Shown one piece after another: positions 35,974 to 45,926 of a DNA stretch of 64,000 nt (its first letter is position 1; every line of letters starts with the position of its first letter). The notes under the pieces were generated by a model. The model saw only the letters and a program-made list of their open reading frames with translations, searched no databases and was not told where the DNA came from. The position numbers and the translations under genes are program-made. This DNA comes from an uncultured Candidatus Saccharibacteria bacterium (GTDB lineage Bacteria > Patescibacteriota > Minisyncoccia > Phycocordibacterales > Zambryskibacteraceae), in assembly GCA_964582295.1 (NCBI GenBank), contig CAZOQP010000001.1:84754-148753 (forward strand), read 5' to 3'.

Positions 35974-37923
35974 ATGGACACCACCCCCAGCACCTTAAAT
36001 CCCCACCAGAAAGAGGCCTCCGAACACCTGGAAGGCCCTCTTCTTATATTGGCGGGTGCCGGAGCAGGCAAAACCAAGACCATTACGGAGAGGATAGCCA
36101 ACCTTATAAGGCACGGAGTTGCAGCCGAATCAGTCCTTGCCATCACTTTTACAAATAAAGCCGCCAAAGAAATGCGGGAAAGAGTGCTTACACGGCTGGG
36201 ACGCGAGATGCCACGCTCATTTGAGGCGTATGGAGCTTTCGGGATACCCTTCGTCTCCACTTTTCATTCCCTTTGCGTTTTCATATTAAGGAACGAGTAC
36301 GAAGCTGTCGGCATCCCTCGGCATTTCAAGATATTTGATAAAGCTGATCAGAAAAAAGCCGTAAAGGATGCCCTCATTAAAATAGATGTTGACCCGAAAG
36401 AATATGAGCCGGGGCGCATCGCCTCCATCATCTCCAGAATGAAAAATGATTTCCTGACGCCCGACCAGGCGCGGGAAAAAGCAGAAAGCAATATATCAGA
36501 GGTCGCGGCCTCCGCTTATGCGCAGTACGAAAAAATACTCCGTGAAGAAAAAGCTCTGGATTTTGACGATCTTCTTTTCAAAACTGCAACGCTTTTCAGG
36601 AAACACGAAAATATTCTTGAACGTTATCAAAATAAATGGCTTTACATCCATATAGATGAATATCAGGACAGCAATGAAGTGCAATACGAGCTTGCACGCA
36701 TGCTTTCACTCAAGAGCCGCAACTTGTGCGTGGTCGGAGATGCGGACCAGAATATTTATTCATGGCGCGGAGCGAGTCTGAAACACATCCTGCGTTTTGA
36801 AAAAGATTATCCGGAAGCTAAAGTGATAGTTCTTGAGGAAAACTACCGCTCAACCAAACGCATTTTAGATGCCGCGAACACCGTTATCGCAAAAAATGTA
36901 CTTCGCAAAGAAAAGAATCTCTTCACCAAAAATTCTGAAGGGGAGCTTATAGGAGTGCTCGCTGCTTTTGATGAAGCGACGGAAGCGCGTTTCGCGGCGG
37001 AAACCGCTTCTTCCCTGATACGGCAGGGCACGCCACCCGAAGATATCGCCGTGCTTTACCGCGCAAACTTCCAGTCGCGGCCATTAGAGGAAGCTTTCAT
37101 ACATAATTCAGTTCCATACGAGCTGGTGGGTACAAAATTCTTTGAGCGCGAGGAAGTGAAGCATGCAGTGGCTTATATGCGCCTGCTTCTTGAGGAAACT
37201 CCCGCCGATCTAACACGTGTTGCAAACGTACCAGCACGAGGTCTCACTAAAGTTTCAGTGCTTAAAATTTTGGGCGGACAGGAAGAAGCTCTTTCACCTG
37301 CAGCTAAAAAATCCCTGGCAACTTTCAGAAATCTCATATCAAGCGGCCGCGCGTTTCTTCAGAACCACACGCCTAAAGAAACTTTGGAGCATATGCTGAA
37401 CATCTCCGGATTGGCTAACTATTACGAGGAGCGGGGCCGCGCCGGCTTAGCGGAAGATGAAGAGAAGTTTTACAACCTCCGCGAACTCGTGAACTTATCC
37501 TCGCGCTTTGAAGGGACGGGTATGGATCCTCTTATGAATTTCTTGTCCGAAGCTGCATTGCAAACGGGAGAAGACGATGCGAAAGGGGAAGGAGTGCGAC
37601 TGATGACAGTTCATTCCGCCAAGGGATTGGAGTTCTCATATGTTTTCATTGTCGGCCTTGAGGAAGGCCTTTTCCCTCACGAAAGGATGCATGAGGAGCA
37701 TCTTTCGGAAGAAGAGCGCGAGGAAGAGCGCCGCCTTTTTTACGTAGCTCTAACGCGCGCCAAGCAGAAACTTTATCTCACCTGGGCACAGACCCGCCTG
37801 GTGTTCGGATCGCGCGAAGTGAATATTCCTTCTTCATTCCTTCTTGATATTCCTTCCGAACATCTGGAAACCATTGAAAGCGAGTACGGCGGTCGCAAAT
37901 CTCTTCTCTCAATAGATTTCTAA
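35974..37923 (+). CDS. pcrA: ATP-dependent DNA helicase PcrA/UvrD
   Basis: AGAGAGKT, TFTNKAA, DEYQD, VGDADQ.IY.WRGA, ENYRS, MTVH.AKGLEF, EERRLFYVA.TRA. Confidence 0.96.
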   Translation: MDTTPSTLNPHQKEASEHLEGPLLILAGAGAGKTKTITERIANLIRHGVAAESVLAITFTNKAAKEMRERVLTRLGREMPRSFEAYGAFGIPFVSTFHSLCVFILRNEYEAVGIPRHFKIFDKADQKKAVKDALIKIDVDPKEYEPGRIASIISRMKNDFLTPDQAREKAESNISEVAASAYAQYEKILREEKALDFDDLLFKTATLFRKHENILERYQNKWLYIHIDEYQDSNEVQYELARMLSLKSRNLCVVGDADQNIYSWRGASLKHILRFEKDYPEAKVIVLEENYRSTKRILDAANTVIAKNVLRKEKNLFTKNSEGELIGVLAAFDEATEARFAAETASSLIRQGTPPEDIAVLYRANFQSRPLEEAFIHNSVPYELVGTKFFEREEVKHAVAYMRLLLEETPADLTRVANVPARGLTKVSVLKILGGQEEALSPAAKKSLATFRNLISSGRAFLQNHTPKETLEHMLNISGLANYYEERGRAGLAEDEEKFYNLRELVNLSSRFEGTGMDPLMNFLSEAALQTGEDDAKGEGVRLMTVHSAKGLEFSYVFIVGLEEGLFPHERMHEEHLSEEEREEERRLFYVALTRAKQKLYLTWAQTRLVFGSREVNIPSSFLLDIPSEHLETIESEYGGRKSLLSIDF

Positions 37924-37924
37924 T

Positions 37925-38719
37925 ATGAAACATTTTCCTAAAAAATACTTGGGTCAGCATTTTTTGAGATCAGACCCAGCTCTGAAAGCGATCGCGGATG
38001 CGGGAGAGGTGGGCAGGCAGGATGTTGTTCTTGAAATAGGGCCGGGTGAAGGAGCTCTCACTCTAAAACTTTTGCAAAAAGCCGGGAAAGTGTTCGCTGT
38101 CGAGAAAGATATTCAGTTGGTGGCCATGCTCCAGGAAAAATTTTCAACGGAAATAAATAACGGCGAACTGGAAGTTTTACATACTGATATACGTAATTTT
38201 GATCCCGCCAAAGAATTCACAGATAAGGAATACAAGCTCATTGCCAACATTCCGTATTACATAACAGGGGAAATATTGAGAATGTTTTTGGAAACAAAAA
38301 AGCAGCCGGAAAAAATGGTTCTTCTGATACAGAAAGAAGTGGCTCAAAGGATCATGGCACGCGACGGAAAAGAAAGCATTCTCTCTATTTCTATAAAAGC
38401 GTACGGAACTCCTAAAATAATAAAAACGGTTAAGGCCGGTTCATTCCATCCGGCGCCAAAAGTTGATTCGGCGATACTTGCCATTGAAAAAATATCCAAA
38501 GACAAATTTCACGCGGCCGGAGTATCCGAAAAAAGTTTTTTTGAAGTCGTCAAAAAAGGGTTCTCGAGCAAACGCAAAAAACTTTCATCAAATATGGATG
38601 TCGGAAAAGAAAAATGGACGGAGATTGCTGGGAAATTAAAAATCCGAGAGGACATCCGCGCGGAAAATGTTTCCCTTGAGGAATGGTTTGAAATAACCTC
38701 TCTTATCTTAAAAGCCTAA
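37925..38719 (+). CDS. rsmA: 16S rRNA dimethyladenosine transferase
   Basis: KK.LGQHFL, LEIGPG.G, ANIPYYIT, F.PAPKVDS. Confidence 0.96.
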   Translation: MKHFPKKYLGQHFLRSDPALKAIADAGEVGRQDVVLEIGPGEGALTLKLLQKAGKVFAVEKDIQLVAMLQEKFSTEINNGELEVLHTDIRNFDPAKEFTDKEYKLIANIPYYITGEILRMFLETKKQPEKMVLLIQKEVAQRIMARDGKESILSISIKAYGTPKIIKTVKAGSFHPAPKVDSAILAIEKISKDKFHAAGVSEKSFFEVVKKGFSSKRKKLSSNMDVGKEKWTEIAGKLKIREDIRAENVSLEEWFEITSLILKA

Positions 38720-39133
38720 GAATGCGGGGCGACTGGTACCAACCCGGAACATAACCCCGAGATCGGGAAGAGGGACGCAGGAGGTAAGTAGACCAAATAG
38801 ACCAGTAGGCACCAAAATTAAACAAGTGTTAGTGATAGGAAAATAATCCCCCAGGTACCAAATGCCTGGGATGCCTGCCAGTCCATGTGCGTAAGGAATA
38901 CTTGGGCCTGTGGGCACAGGTCTATATGTGAGGGCCCCTCCAGGAATAAACTTGTTCCCCCCGAGATAAAGTAGCTCATATTGAACCCAAATACCGCCAG
39001 AACATGTACATGGAACGATTTTGGTCGCAAATCCACCGAAAGGTAGAGCAAGAGAGGTCGCAAAAGTGGACACAGGGAGGAGGCATAACACGCAAATGCA
39101 CAAAAAACGTATGAATGAGGGGCGAAATATCAT
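38708..39133 (-). CDS. Small secreted Cys-containing hypothetical protein
   Basis: Signal peptide, PFGG, PCTCS, W.LG.Y, two further Cys. Confidence 0.6.
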   Translation of the reverse strand: MIFRPSFIRFLCICVLCLLPVSTFATSLALPFGGFATKIVPCTCSGGIWVQYELLYLGGNKFIPGGALTYRPVPTGPSIPYAHGLAGIPGIWYLGDYFPITNTCLILVPTGLFGLLTSCVPLPDLGVMFRVGTSRPAFLGF

Positions 39134-39175
39134 TTTCGTTTCCTCATTCTAGCATGAGCGTGATATTCTTTATTC

Positions 39176-39991
39176 ATGAAGAACCTCCTTTCAGACAAGA
39201 TAACGGTGGCACTTTCCGCATCAATACTCATTTTGAGCGGAAGCACCGGCTATGCGATAGCACAAAGCCCCCGTTCCGACACCTCTCCTTTGGGGATCCG
39301 GACCGAAAATGAAAAGCAGGACATTGGAAGCCTTATAAGCGCAGAAAACGTGGAAAACTCGGTAAGCGATAACTCATCGCTTTTCACTCCAAGCACTTTC
39401 ACGGCACGTTTCGGCCAAAACGCTTTTTCCCGATTTGTACAAGCATCTCAAAGAGAGGAGGAGGTAAATGCTTCCGACATCATGGAGATCTCTAACAAGG
39501 TGGCTTCAGATCTGGCAGCAAACAGCAATATTAAGTTTACAGAATACTCCTTGGTAGACCTCTCCATAATTTCTGCTCCTACCACAAGCGACTGGCAGAA
39601 ATTCATTTCTGACATAAACACAATACGCAGCAAATATGCTTCGATATTCCGCTCTTCCACAAATTTAGGAGGTCTGGCGACACTTGGCCCAAATAATATC
39701 CCCTCAATACTCAAGGCCGGAGATCTATATTCTCAAATGGCCGAGGAGCTTTTGACAACCCCGGTGCCCGCGCCGGCCTTACAAAGTTTTTTAAAGTTGG
39801 TAAATGCTTATTCAAAAGCGGCTGCAGGACTACCCGCGTTTAAATATCTATCTGATGATCCAGTAAGAGTGATCCCCGGCCTAAGTTTGTATTCGGAAAG
39901 CCAAGACGATGAGTCCGCAGCGCTTAGTGAAATCCAGGTTCTTCTTATAAGCAATGGTATAATTTTTTCTGGGACATACCTCGCTCCCTAA
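39176..39991 (+). CDS. Secreted/anchored helical hypothetical protein
   Basis: N-terminal hydrophobic segment; first gene of a long plus-strand operon. Confidence 0.65.
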   Translation: MKNLLSDKITVALSASILILSGSTGYAIAQSPRSDTSPLGIRTENEKQDIGSLISAENVENSVSDNSSLFTPSTFTARFGQNAFSRFVQASQREEEVNASDIMEISNKVASDLAANSNIKFTEYSLVDLSIISAPTTSDWQKFISDINTIRSKYASIFRSSTNLGGLATLGPNNIPSILKAGDLYSQMAEELLTTPVPAPALQSFLKLVNAYSKAAAGLPAFKYLSDDPVRVIPGLSLYSESQDDESAALSEIQVLLISNGIIFSGTYLAP

Positions 39992-39994
39992 AGC

Positions 39995-41812
39995 ATGAAA
40001 AAGAAAATTTTACTTTTTATACTCTTATTCTCTATATTGGGAAGTCTTTTAATTCCATCAACTACCCAGGCCCAGGGAATAAATATCCCACCACTTACCG
40101 GACTTAGCGAAACTATTCCTCCTGTACCCGTAGGAGATGCTGCCATAAGGAAAAAAGAGGTGGGCTTTACTATTTTTGGAATAGACACGGGTATTTCATG
40201 GGACAGCATAGTGATTATGCTTGGCAGGGCGATGCTAGACAACATATTTGACAGTATGACCGACTGGGTGAACCGCGGATTTGAAGGCAATCCGACTTTC
40301 GCAACAGATCTTAATGATTATTTGTCTAAGGTTGGGGATGTTGTGATAGGAGACGCCTTGAATGAAATAACCAACGGCTTCGCCTGTGAGCCTTTTCGCC
40401 TGGAGATAAGAGCTGCCATAGAAAGAGACTTCGGGGCCGGGGGGCAAGGCAAAATTTTCAAAAACTCCTGCACTTTGAGCGAGATAGAAGCGAACGTGGA
40501 TAATTTTTTGGATGGAAGTTTTGTTGATGGCGGGTGGCCGGCATGGTTCAGGATAACCCAAGTTGATGAGAACAATCCTTACGGCTCATATTTAGAAGCA
40601 AGAGGCGCCATCACTGCAAGTATTGAAGGAGCGCGAAGTGTGGAGCTTGCTAAATTAAGCTGGAGCCAGGGATTCATAGATACACGTGAATGCCTGGAAT
40701 ATCAGACGACCGTAATGATGACAGCGGCAGGTCCTGTTCCTGTTCCTACACAGATATGTAATAAATGGGGGCCGGTAAAAACCCCCGGTGCAGTTATTGC
40801 AAACCAGGTAAATAAACAATTCGGAGCATCAACAGATCAGTTAATAACTGCAGACGAATTGGACGAATTTTTCGCGGCTGTCGTAAACCAGCTCCAGAAC
40901 ATGGTGTTCAGTAGAGATGGAATATTCCGTACGGGAGGAGCACCAAGAATTTCAGGAGCGGCAGGAGATTACAATAGACAGCCGTTCGATCTAGGAACAG
41001 GAGCTTGCACAGTCGAACCCCCCGCACCGATCGTGGTAGGTAGTGACACCACATGGAGAATAACAACTGCCGTAAACGGATCGAATCCTCAATATGTATG
41101 GAGTGGTACGGATATGAGTTCCACCACCAACGCATCCTCGCTAAAGGTTTCTTACTCAATACCCGGCGACAAAAATATGTCGGTTACCCTTTCATATGAC
41201 GAGATCGATCAATCTCAAAGTCCTGATCCAACAACTGGTCAGTATCCGACAACACGAAAAACCCAGAATGTTTCTTGCCCCACCATTCTCGTAACCCCAC
41301 CACCTCTTGCTATTTCATGCATATTAGCTCCACTGGTTATAAACTCTCCTTCCTCTACAAATCATCGTATCTCCCCTACAGATCAAAATGACAGCGTGTG
41401 GGATGGCCCGAATGATCCGGATAATATGTATGCGAGGTACAGGAACGGCACCCTTACGGAAACTGATAAAAAATATCTGGTGGTCTGGCAGGTCACTATC
41501 TCGGGCGGCTCAGGCAAACTTGACCGTATTACTGTCGAAAAGGATAGCGGTATCAATATTGGTGTGAACAGCCAGCTCCCTCCATATCTTCCGAGCCTTA
41601 ATTACTCCCCGGCAGCCGGTATCCCTGTTCAAGGCAACCCCCCATCTATCACCTTAAGACTGCCGGCCTGGTATGAAGAGAGTAATATATTTGCAAGACA
41701 GAACTTAAATGTTGATAAAACCTTAAGAATAAGCGTTCTTGATTCAGATCAGAGCATTGCGAACGGCTTTGTGAACCAATCCTGCCAATCCGTTAAAGTA
41801 ATAGGCCCATAG
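39995..41812 (+). CDS. Secreted hypothetical protein with Ig/PKD-like C-terminus (T4SS-like locus)
   Basis: Signal peptide; W.N.GF.G.P.F, GGW..W, NNPYG, KTPG..I motifs. Confidence 0.7.
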   Translation: MKKKILLFILLFSILGSLLIPSTTQAQGINIPPLTGLSETIPPVPVGDAAIRKKEVGFTIFGIDTGISWDSIVIMLGRAMLDNIFDSMTDWVNRGFEGNPTFATDLNDYLSKVGDVVIGDALNEITNGFACEPFRLEIRAAIERDFGAGGQGKIFKNSCTLSEIEANVDNFLDGSFVDGGWPAWFRITQVDENNPYGSYLEARGAITASIEGARSVELAKLSWSQGFIDTRECLEYQTTVMMTAAGPVPVPTQICNKWGPVKTPGAVIANQVNKQFGASTDQLITADELDEFFAAVVNQLQNMVFSRDGIFRTGGAPRISGAAGDYNRQPFDLGTGACTVEPPAPIVVGSDTTWRITTAVNGSNPQYVWSGTDMSSTTNASSLKVSYSIPGDKNMSVTLSYDEIDQSQSPDPTTGQYPTTRKTQNVSCPTILVTPPPLAISCILAPLVINSPSSTNHRISPTDQNDSVWDGPNDPDNMYARYRNGTLTETDKKYLVVWQVTISGGSGKLDRITVEKDSGINIGVNSQLPPYLPSLNYSPAAGIPVQGNPPSITLRLPAWYEESNIFARQNLNVDKTLRISVLDSDQSIANGFVNQSCQSVKVIGP

Positions 41813-41869
41813 GACAATTTGTGTGGACGGCGCGTCCAATTTTTGTCCTTTATCGGATACTATAGGAGT

Positions 41870-44149
41870 ATGAGTTCTTCATGGAAAATACTAATTTCCT
41901 GCTTTTTGGTGTTTTCAATGGCAACAATAGTTTTCCTTCCTTTACCCGCCCACGCTCTATCTCTATTCGGTTTTGCTGCGGGGGCTATCGAGAGTGCGGT
42001 CGCGACACTTGCAAACATGGTTTTGAAGTTCTTTGCTTTCCTGTTGGGAATATGCGCTGTACTACTAGATTACTCCTTGAATCTTACGGTAGTACAGCTA
42101 AGTGAAAACCTCAAAAGTCTTACTGCTATAAACGAAACATGGTCCACCATAAGAGACTTAATAAACCTTTCATTCATATTCATTCTCCTCTTCGCAGCAA
42201 TACGCACAATTCTTGGGCTGGAATCTCCTGTAAAAGTAATAAAAAATATTGTACTCGCTGCGCTCTTCATAAATTTTTCCATGTTCTTCACGCGCGTGAT
42301 GATAGACGCCTCAAACTCTGTAGCCCTGTTCTTTTATGAACGTATAACTTCGGCAATTGTTGACACGAGTGGTTTGGGATCCGCAGCAAATATGTTATTG
42401 AGCGAGCGAGGGAAAACTTTAAGCGCCCTGTATGCCAATCCGCTTAGACTGGGAACTTTATACAAAGCGGCAGACGGAACCGCATCCCAGGTCGTAAATT
42501 CCACAAACATATACACTATCGGACTTATGGGCTCTATGATGCTCGCTTTAGTGGCTTTCGTATTTTTAACCATAGCCATAATGTTTGTTATCCGCTATGC
42601 CGCACTTATTGTTCTTCTGATATTTTCGCCGCTTGGTTTCATAAGCAAGGATCTGCCGATGATAGGGGAGTACAACCAGCAATGGTGGGGTATGCTCAAA
42701 TCACAACTCTTGTTTCCGCCCGTGTTCATGATAATGACCTGGATAACGATCAAGGTCATAAACTCGCCAGGCATTCTGGGGATATGCAAGGACCCGGGAG
42801 ATTGTAATTTTAGAGGCGCTTTGGCAGCAAGCGGGGATATTCCTGATGTGAGTGGAGTGGGCCTCATGATAAATTTTGCGGTAATAATGGCGCTCATCGT
42901 GATGTCTCTTCTTATATCAATTCAGACCGCATCCAAGGGAGCGGAGGCATTTTCAGGTCTCTACAAAAAGGCCAGCAAATGGGCAGGAGGTGCCATGTTT
43001 GGCGGCGCATCTCTTATCGGAAGACAGACGTTTGGTAGGGGATCGGAGATGCTGAAAAATACCAATATGTACACGAAGTGGGAGGCGAAATCTAAGGACA
43101 GTATGATGGCCCGTCTTGCTCTGAACACGGTAGACCAGACCAGGACCGGTTCCATGGACACGCGTGGTTCAAAGTTTGGAAAAGCATTTGCCGGGATGAC
43201 GGGCCTTGATGCGGGAGAAGCTGTGGGACAAGGTGGATTTGAAGCAGATAGAAAGGCCTACAAAGAATATTTTGCAAGACCTGGCTCAGAAGCTAAAAGG
43301 GAGAGGGACGAAAGAGCGGCTAAAGCTACGGCCGTGCTCGACATTGAGGCAGCTCAGGATCTTGATCCGGCTCAAATTGATGCAATAAGAGCTCTCGTAG
43401 GACCTCGAACACCCGACCAGCAGGAAATGGTAGATAAGATGGACAAAATGGAAAAAGCCCTTGCACGCATGACGGATAAGGAGGTGGAGGCAATAGTATC
43501 AAGCAACAAGAAACTTCTTGATAAAGAAGCATTTGCTCAAAAATTAAGCGTTCAACAACTGGAAACTATAAATAAGAGCGATAAATTCTCGGATGAAGAA
43601 AAGAGGGTCTTCAACGACAACCGCTTCAAGCAAATATCCTCAATTATTGAGGCCGCCCAAAGGACTGGAACACCAATTAGTTCTACTGATGCCAAAAAGA
43701 TTGCTGGACTTACAGATAAAGAACTTGAATACGTACCTTCAGACATCATCAACAATAAAAACTTCGTCGGAGCGTTGCGATCTTCACATATGGACTACGT
43801 AAAGAAGAGCACCAAATTCACATCTTCACAGAAAGATGCGATTAAGAATTCTCGCCAGGACGCTCTATTAGGTAGAGTCCAAACTACTCCGTCAGAAATA
43901 GCTAAATTAGATCCAAAAGACGTGGCCAGTCTATTTGACCGGGGAGTACTTACGGATCCTATATATCTAGAACATCTTAATCCTAAAAAGTTAAAGAGTA
44001 TTGGTAAGGAAATAGACGATGAGAGGAAAATAGATCAGATAAAAGCCGCAATTACTGCAGCACCTGGAGGCCCGGCAGGAGGCCCTCCAACAGGAATAGA
44101 TAGATTACAGACATGGCAAGGAAGCCCGGACTATCAAAATAATTTCTAA
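41870..44149 (+). CDS. VirB6/TrbL-like polytopic membrane protein with helical C-terminal repeats
   Basis: W..IRDL.N, multiple TM helices, R...L..L.I.SPL, WW motif, Gly-rich region; position in the VirB4 locus. Confidence 0.7.
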   Translation: MSSSWKILISCFLVFSMATIVFLPLPAHALSLFGFAAGAIESAVATLANMVLKFFAFLLGICAVLLDYSLNLTVVQLSENLKSLTAINETWSTIRDLINLSFIFILLFAAIRTILGLESPVKVIKNIVLAALFINFSMFFTRVMIDASNSVALFFYERITSAIVDTSGLGSAANMLLSERGKTLSALYANPLRLGTLYKAADGTASQVVNSTNIYTIGLMGSMMLALVAFVFLTIAIMFVIRYAALIVLLIFSPLGFISKDLPMIGEYNQQWWGMLKSQLLFPPVFMIMTWITIKVINSPGILGICKDPGDCNFRGALAASGDIPDVSGVGLMINFAVIMALIVMSLLISIQTASKGAEAFSGLYKKASKWAGGAMFGGASLIGRQTFGRGSEMLKNTNMYTKWEAKSKDSMMARLALNTVDQTRTGSMDTRGSKFGKAFAGMTGLDAGEAVGQGGFEADRKAYKEYFARPGSEAKRERDERAAKATAVLDIEAAQDLDPAQIDAIRALVGPRTPDQQEMVDKMDKMEKALARMTDKEVEAIVSSNKKLLDKEAFAQKLSVQQLETINKSDKFSDEEKRVFNDNRFKQISSIIEAAQRTGTPISSTDAKKIAGLTDKELEYVPSDIINNKNFVGALRSSHMDYVKKSTKFTSSQKDAIKNSRQDALLGRVQTTPSEIAKLDPKDVASLFDRGVLTDPIYLEHLNPKKLKSIGKEIDDERKIDQIKAAITAAPGGPAGGPPTGIDRLQTWQGSPDYQNNF

Positions 44150-44157
44150 AATAATCC

Positions 44158-44787
44158 ATGATAATCTCCAAAGAAAAAAGACGAGCTGCATACCAACAAC
44201 TTCCTGAAAAAATCAGAGAATATATTTCATCTGGCGGCAGTATAGAAAAAACAGATACCCTAGCGCAAAAATTTTCCTTAACCCCAAATCAGGACATTGT
44301 CCTTGATGACGAGATCACTCTTGTTCTTATGGGACTTGAAACGAAAGACGATATGCTTGCATCACTTCAGGAAAAGACGGGGATTGGAAAGAACAAGTGC
44401 CTGGAAATAATAATGGAAGCTGATAAATTTATTTTTCAGCAATTCAAACAGTGGATACCAAAACAAAATCAGGGGGCAATTAAACTAAATGCCCTAGAAC
44501 AATTGCCTCAACAACTGAAAACAATAAAGCTCCCAGATGGAGCAGCGGGTTCTTTGCCGGACCACGAAGAGATAATTAAAAATCCTATCGTAATGCCATC
44601 CAATCCTGTAATTGCAGCTGCACCAGTACCCCAAAAACCTGAAGCATCTAAGAATCTGCCTCCGATAGATAATCTTTCATGGGAAGAGAGGAAAAAGCGT
44701 GCTGAAGAAGCCCTGAAAAACATAGCGCCTACGGAAAACAAAAAGTACCCAGGCGGAGCAGATCCCTACAGGGAGCCAATCTCGTAA
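44158..44787 (+). CDS. Hypothetical protein ending DPYREP
   Basis: 209-aa ORF inside the operon. Confidence 0.65.
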   Translation: MIISKEKRRAAYQQLPEKIREYISSGGSIEKTDTLAQKFSLTPNQDIVLDDEITLVLMGLETKDDMLASLQEKTGIGKNKCLEIIMEADKFIFQQFKQWIPKQNQGAIKLNALEQLPQQLKTIKLPDGAAGSLPDHEEIIKNPIVMPSNPVIAAAPVPQKPEASKNLPPIDNLSWEERKKRAEEALKNIAPTENKKYPGGADPYREPIS

Positions 44788-44823
44788 GCAGAGCTTACGA
44801 GATTGGCGGGTTATAATATCTTT

Positions 44824-45261
44824 ATGCGTTTTCAAGTACCACAGTTCATTGAAGTTGAAGACAAGATATTCGGACCCTTCACGTTCAAACAATTCGTTTA
44901 TCTTGCAGGTGGGGCAGGGATGATAGCTATTGCCTTCACGTTTCTTCCTAAGTTCTTGGCTTTTCTTGTAGCCCTTCCTATTGCAGGACTTGCGGCAGCC
45001 CTTACTTTTTACAAAGTGAATAACCGTCCTTTCATTTACACACTGGAGGCATACCTCAACTATCTGCTCACTAAAAAACTTTTCGTATGGAAAACCAGGC
45101 AAAGGACGGCGCAAGCCCATCCTTCGGCCGACACAAATTCTGAAAGACCGCAGGTGCAAGTGCCTAAAATTTCAGGGAGCAGACTTCGCGACCTTACATG
45201 GGATCTGAGCGTTAAAGGACGGACCGACATAAATCAAACAAAAGACACGGATACCGTTTAA
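44824..45261 (+). CDS. PrgI-family (VirB3-like) membrane protein
   Basis: MRFQVPQFIEVEDKIFGP.T.KQF, two TMs, N.RPF. Confidence 0.85.
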   Translation: MRFQVPQFIEVEDKIFGPFTFKQFVYLAGGAGMIAIAFTFLPKFLAFLVALPIAGLAAALTFYKVNNRPFIYTLEAYLNYLLTKKLFVWKTRQRTAQAHPSADTNSERPQVQVPKISGSRLRDLTWDLSVKGRTDINQTKDTDTV

Positions 45262-45291
45262 TACTATAATTACGGCTGGAGAATATTCACA

Positions 45292-45924
45292 ATGCCAATA
45301 TCCGCACAATCTACACAAGACTTCGTACCTATAAAAGACGTGCGCGACGGAGTCGTCATTTTAAAAGACGGAGGATTGAGAAGTATCCTGATGACATCAT
45401 CTGTCAATTTTTCCCTGAAGTCGGAGGACGAGAAGACCGCCATCATTTATCAGTTCCAGGATTTTCTGAATTCCCTTGATTTCTCAGTGCAAATACTGAT
45501 GCAGTCCCGCAAGCACGACATCAGACCTTACTTGGCTCTCCTTGAAGGCCGCAAAAAAGAGCAGATGAACGATCTTTTGAAGATCCAAATACAGGAATAC
45601 ATAGAGTTCATAAAAACTTTTACAGAACGCCAGAACATAATGACGAAAAGTTTTTTCGTGGTAGTGCCCTATACTCCGAATGCCCTTAATAACTCCAATT
45701 TCATGCAGAAAGTCATGCCTGGAAAAGGAACACCCACCCAAAAGAAAGAAGGGAAATTTGAAGAGGACGTCGTTCAGCTTGATCAGCGCCTCTCTGTTGT
45801 AATGCAGGGGCTTTCGCGCTGCGGCTTGCGAGCAGTTCGCCTTGGCACAGAAGAGGTAATCGAGCTTTTCTACAAAGTTTTCAACCCCGGGGAAACAGAG
45901 AAGCCGATCCAGATGCAATCATAA
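45292..45924 (+). CDS. TraC/VirB4 N-terminal-like accessory protein
   Basis: NF.LKS..E..AI...FQ.FLNSLDF; located between PrgI and VirB4. Confidence 0.7.
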   Translation: MPISAQSTQDFVPIKDVRDGVVILKDGGLRSILMTSSVNFSLKSEDEKTAIIYQFQDFLNSLDFSVQILMQSRKHDIRPYLALLEGRKKEQMNDLLKIQIQEYIEFIKTFTERQNIMTKSFFVVVPYTPNALNNSNFMQKVMPGKGTPTQKKEGKFEEDVVQLDQRLSVVMQGLSRCGLRAVRLGTEEVIELFYKVFNPGETEKPIQMQS

Positions 45925-45926
45925 AT

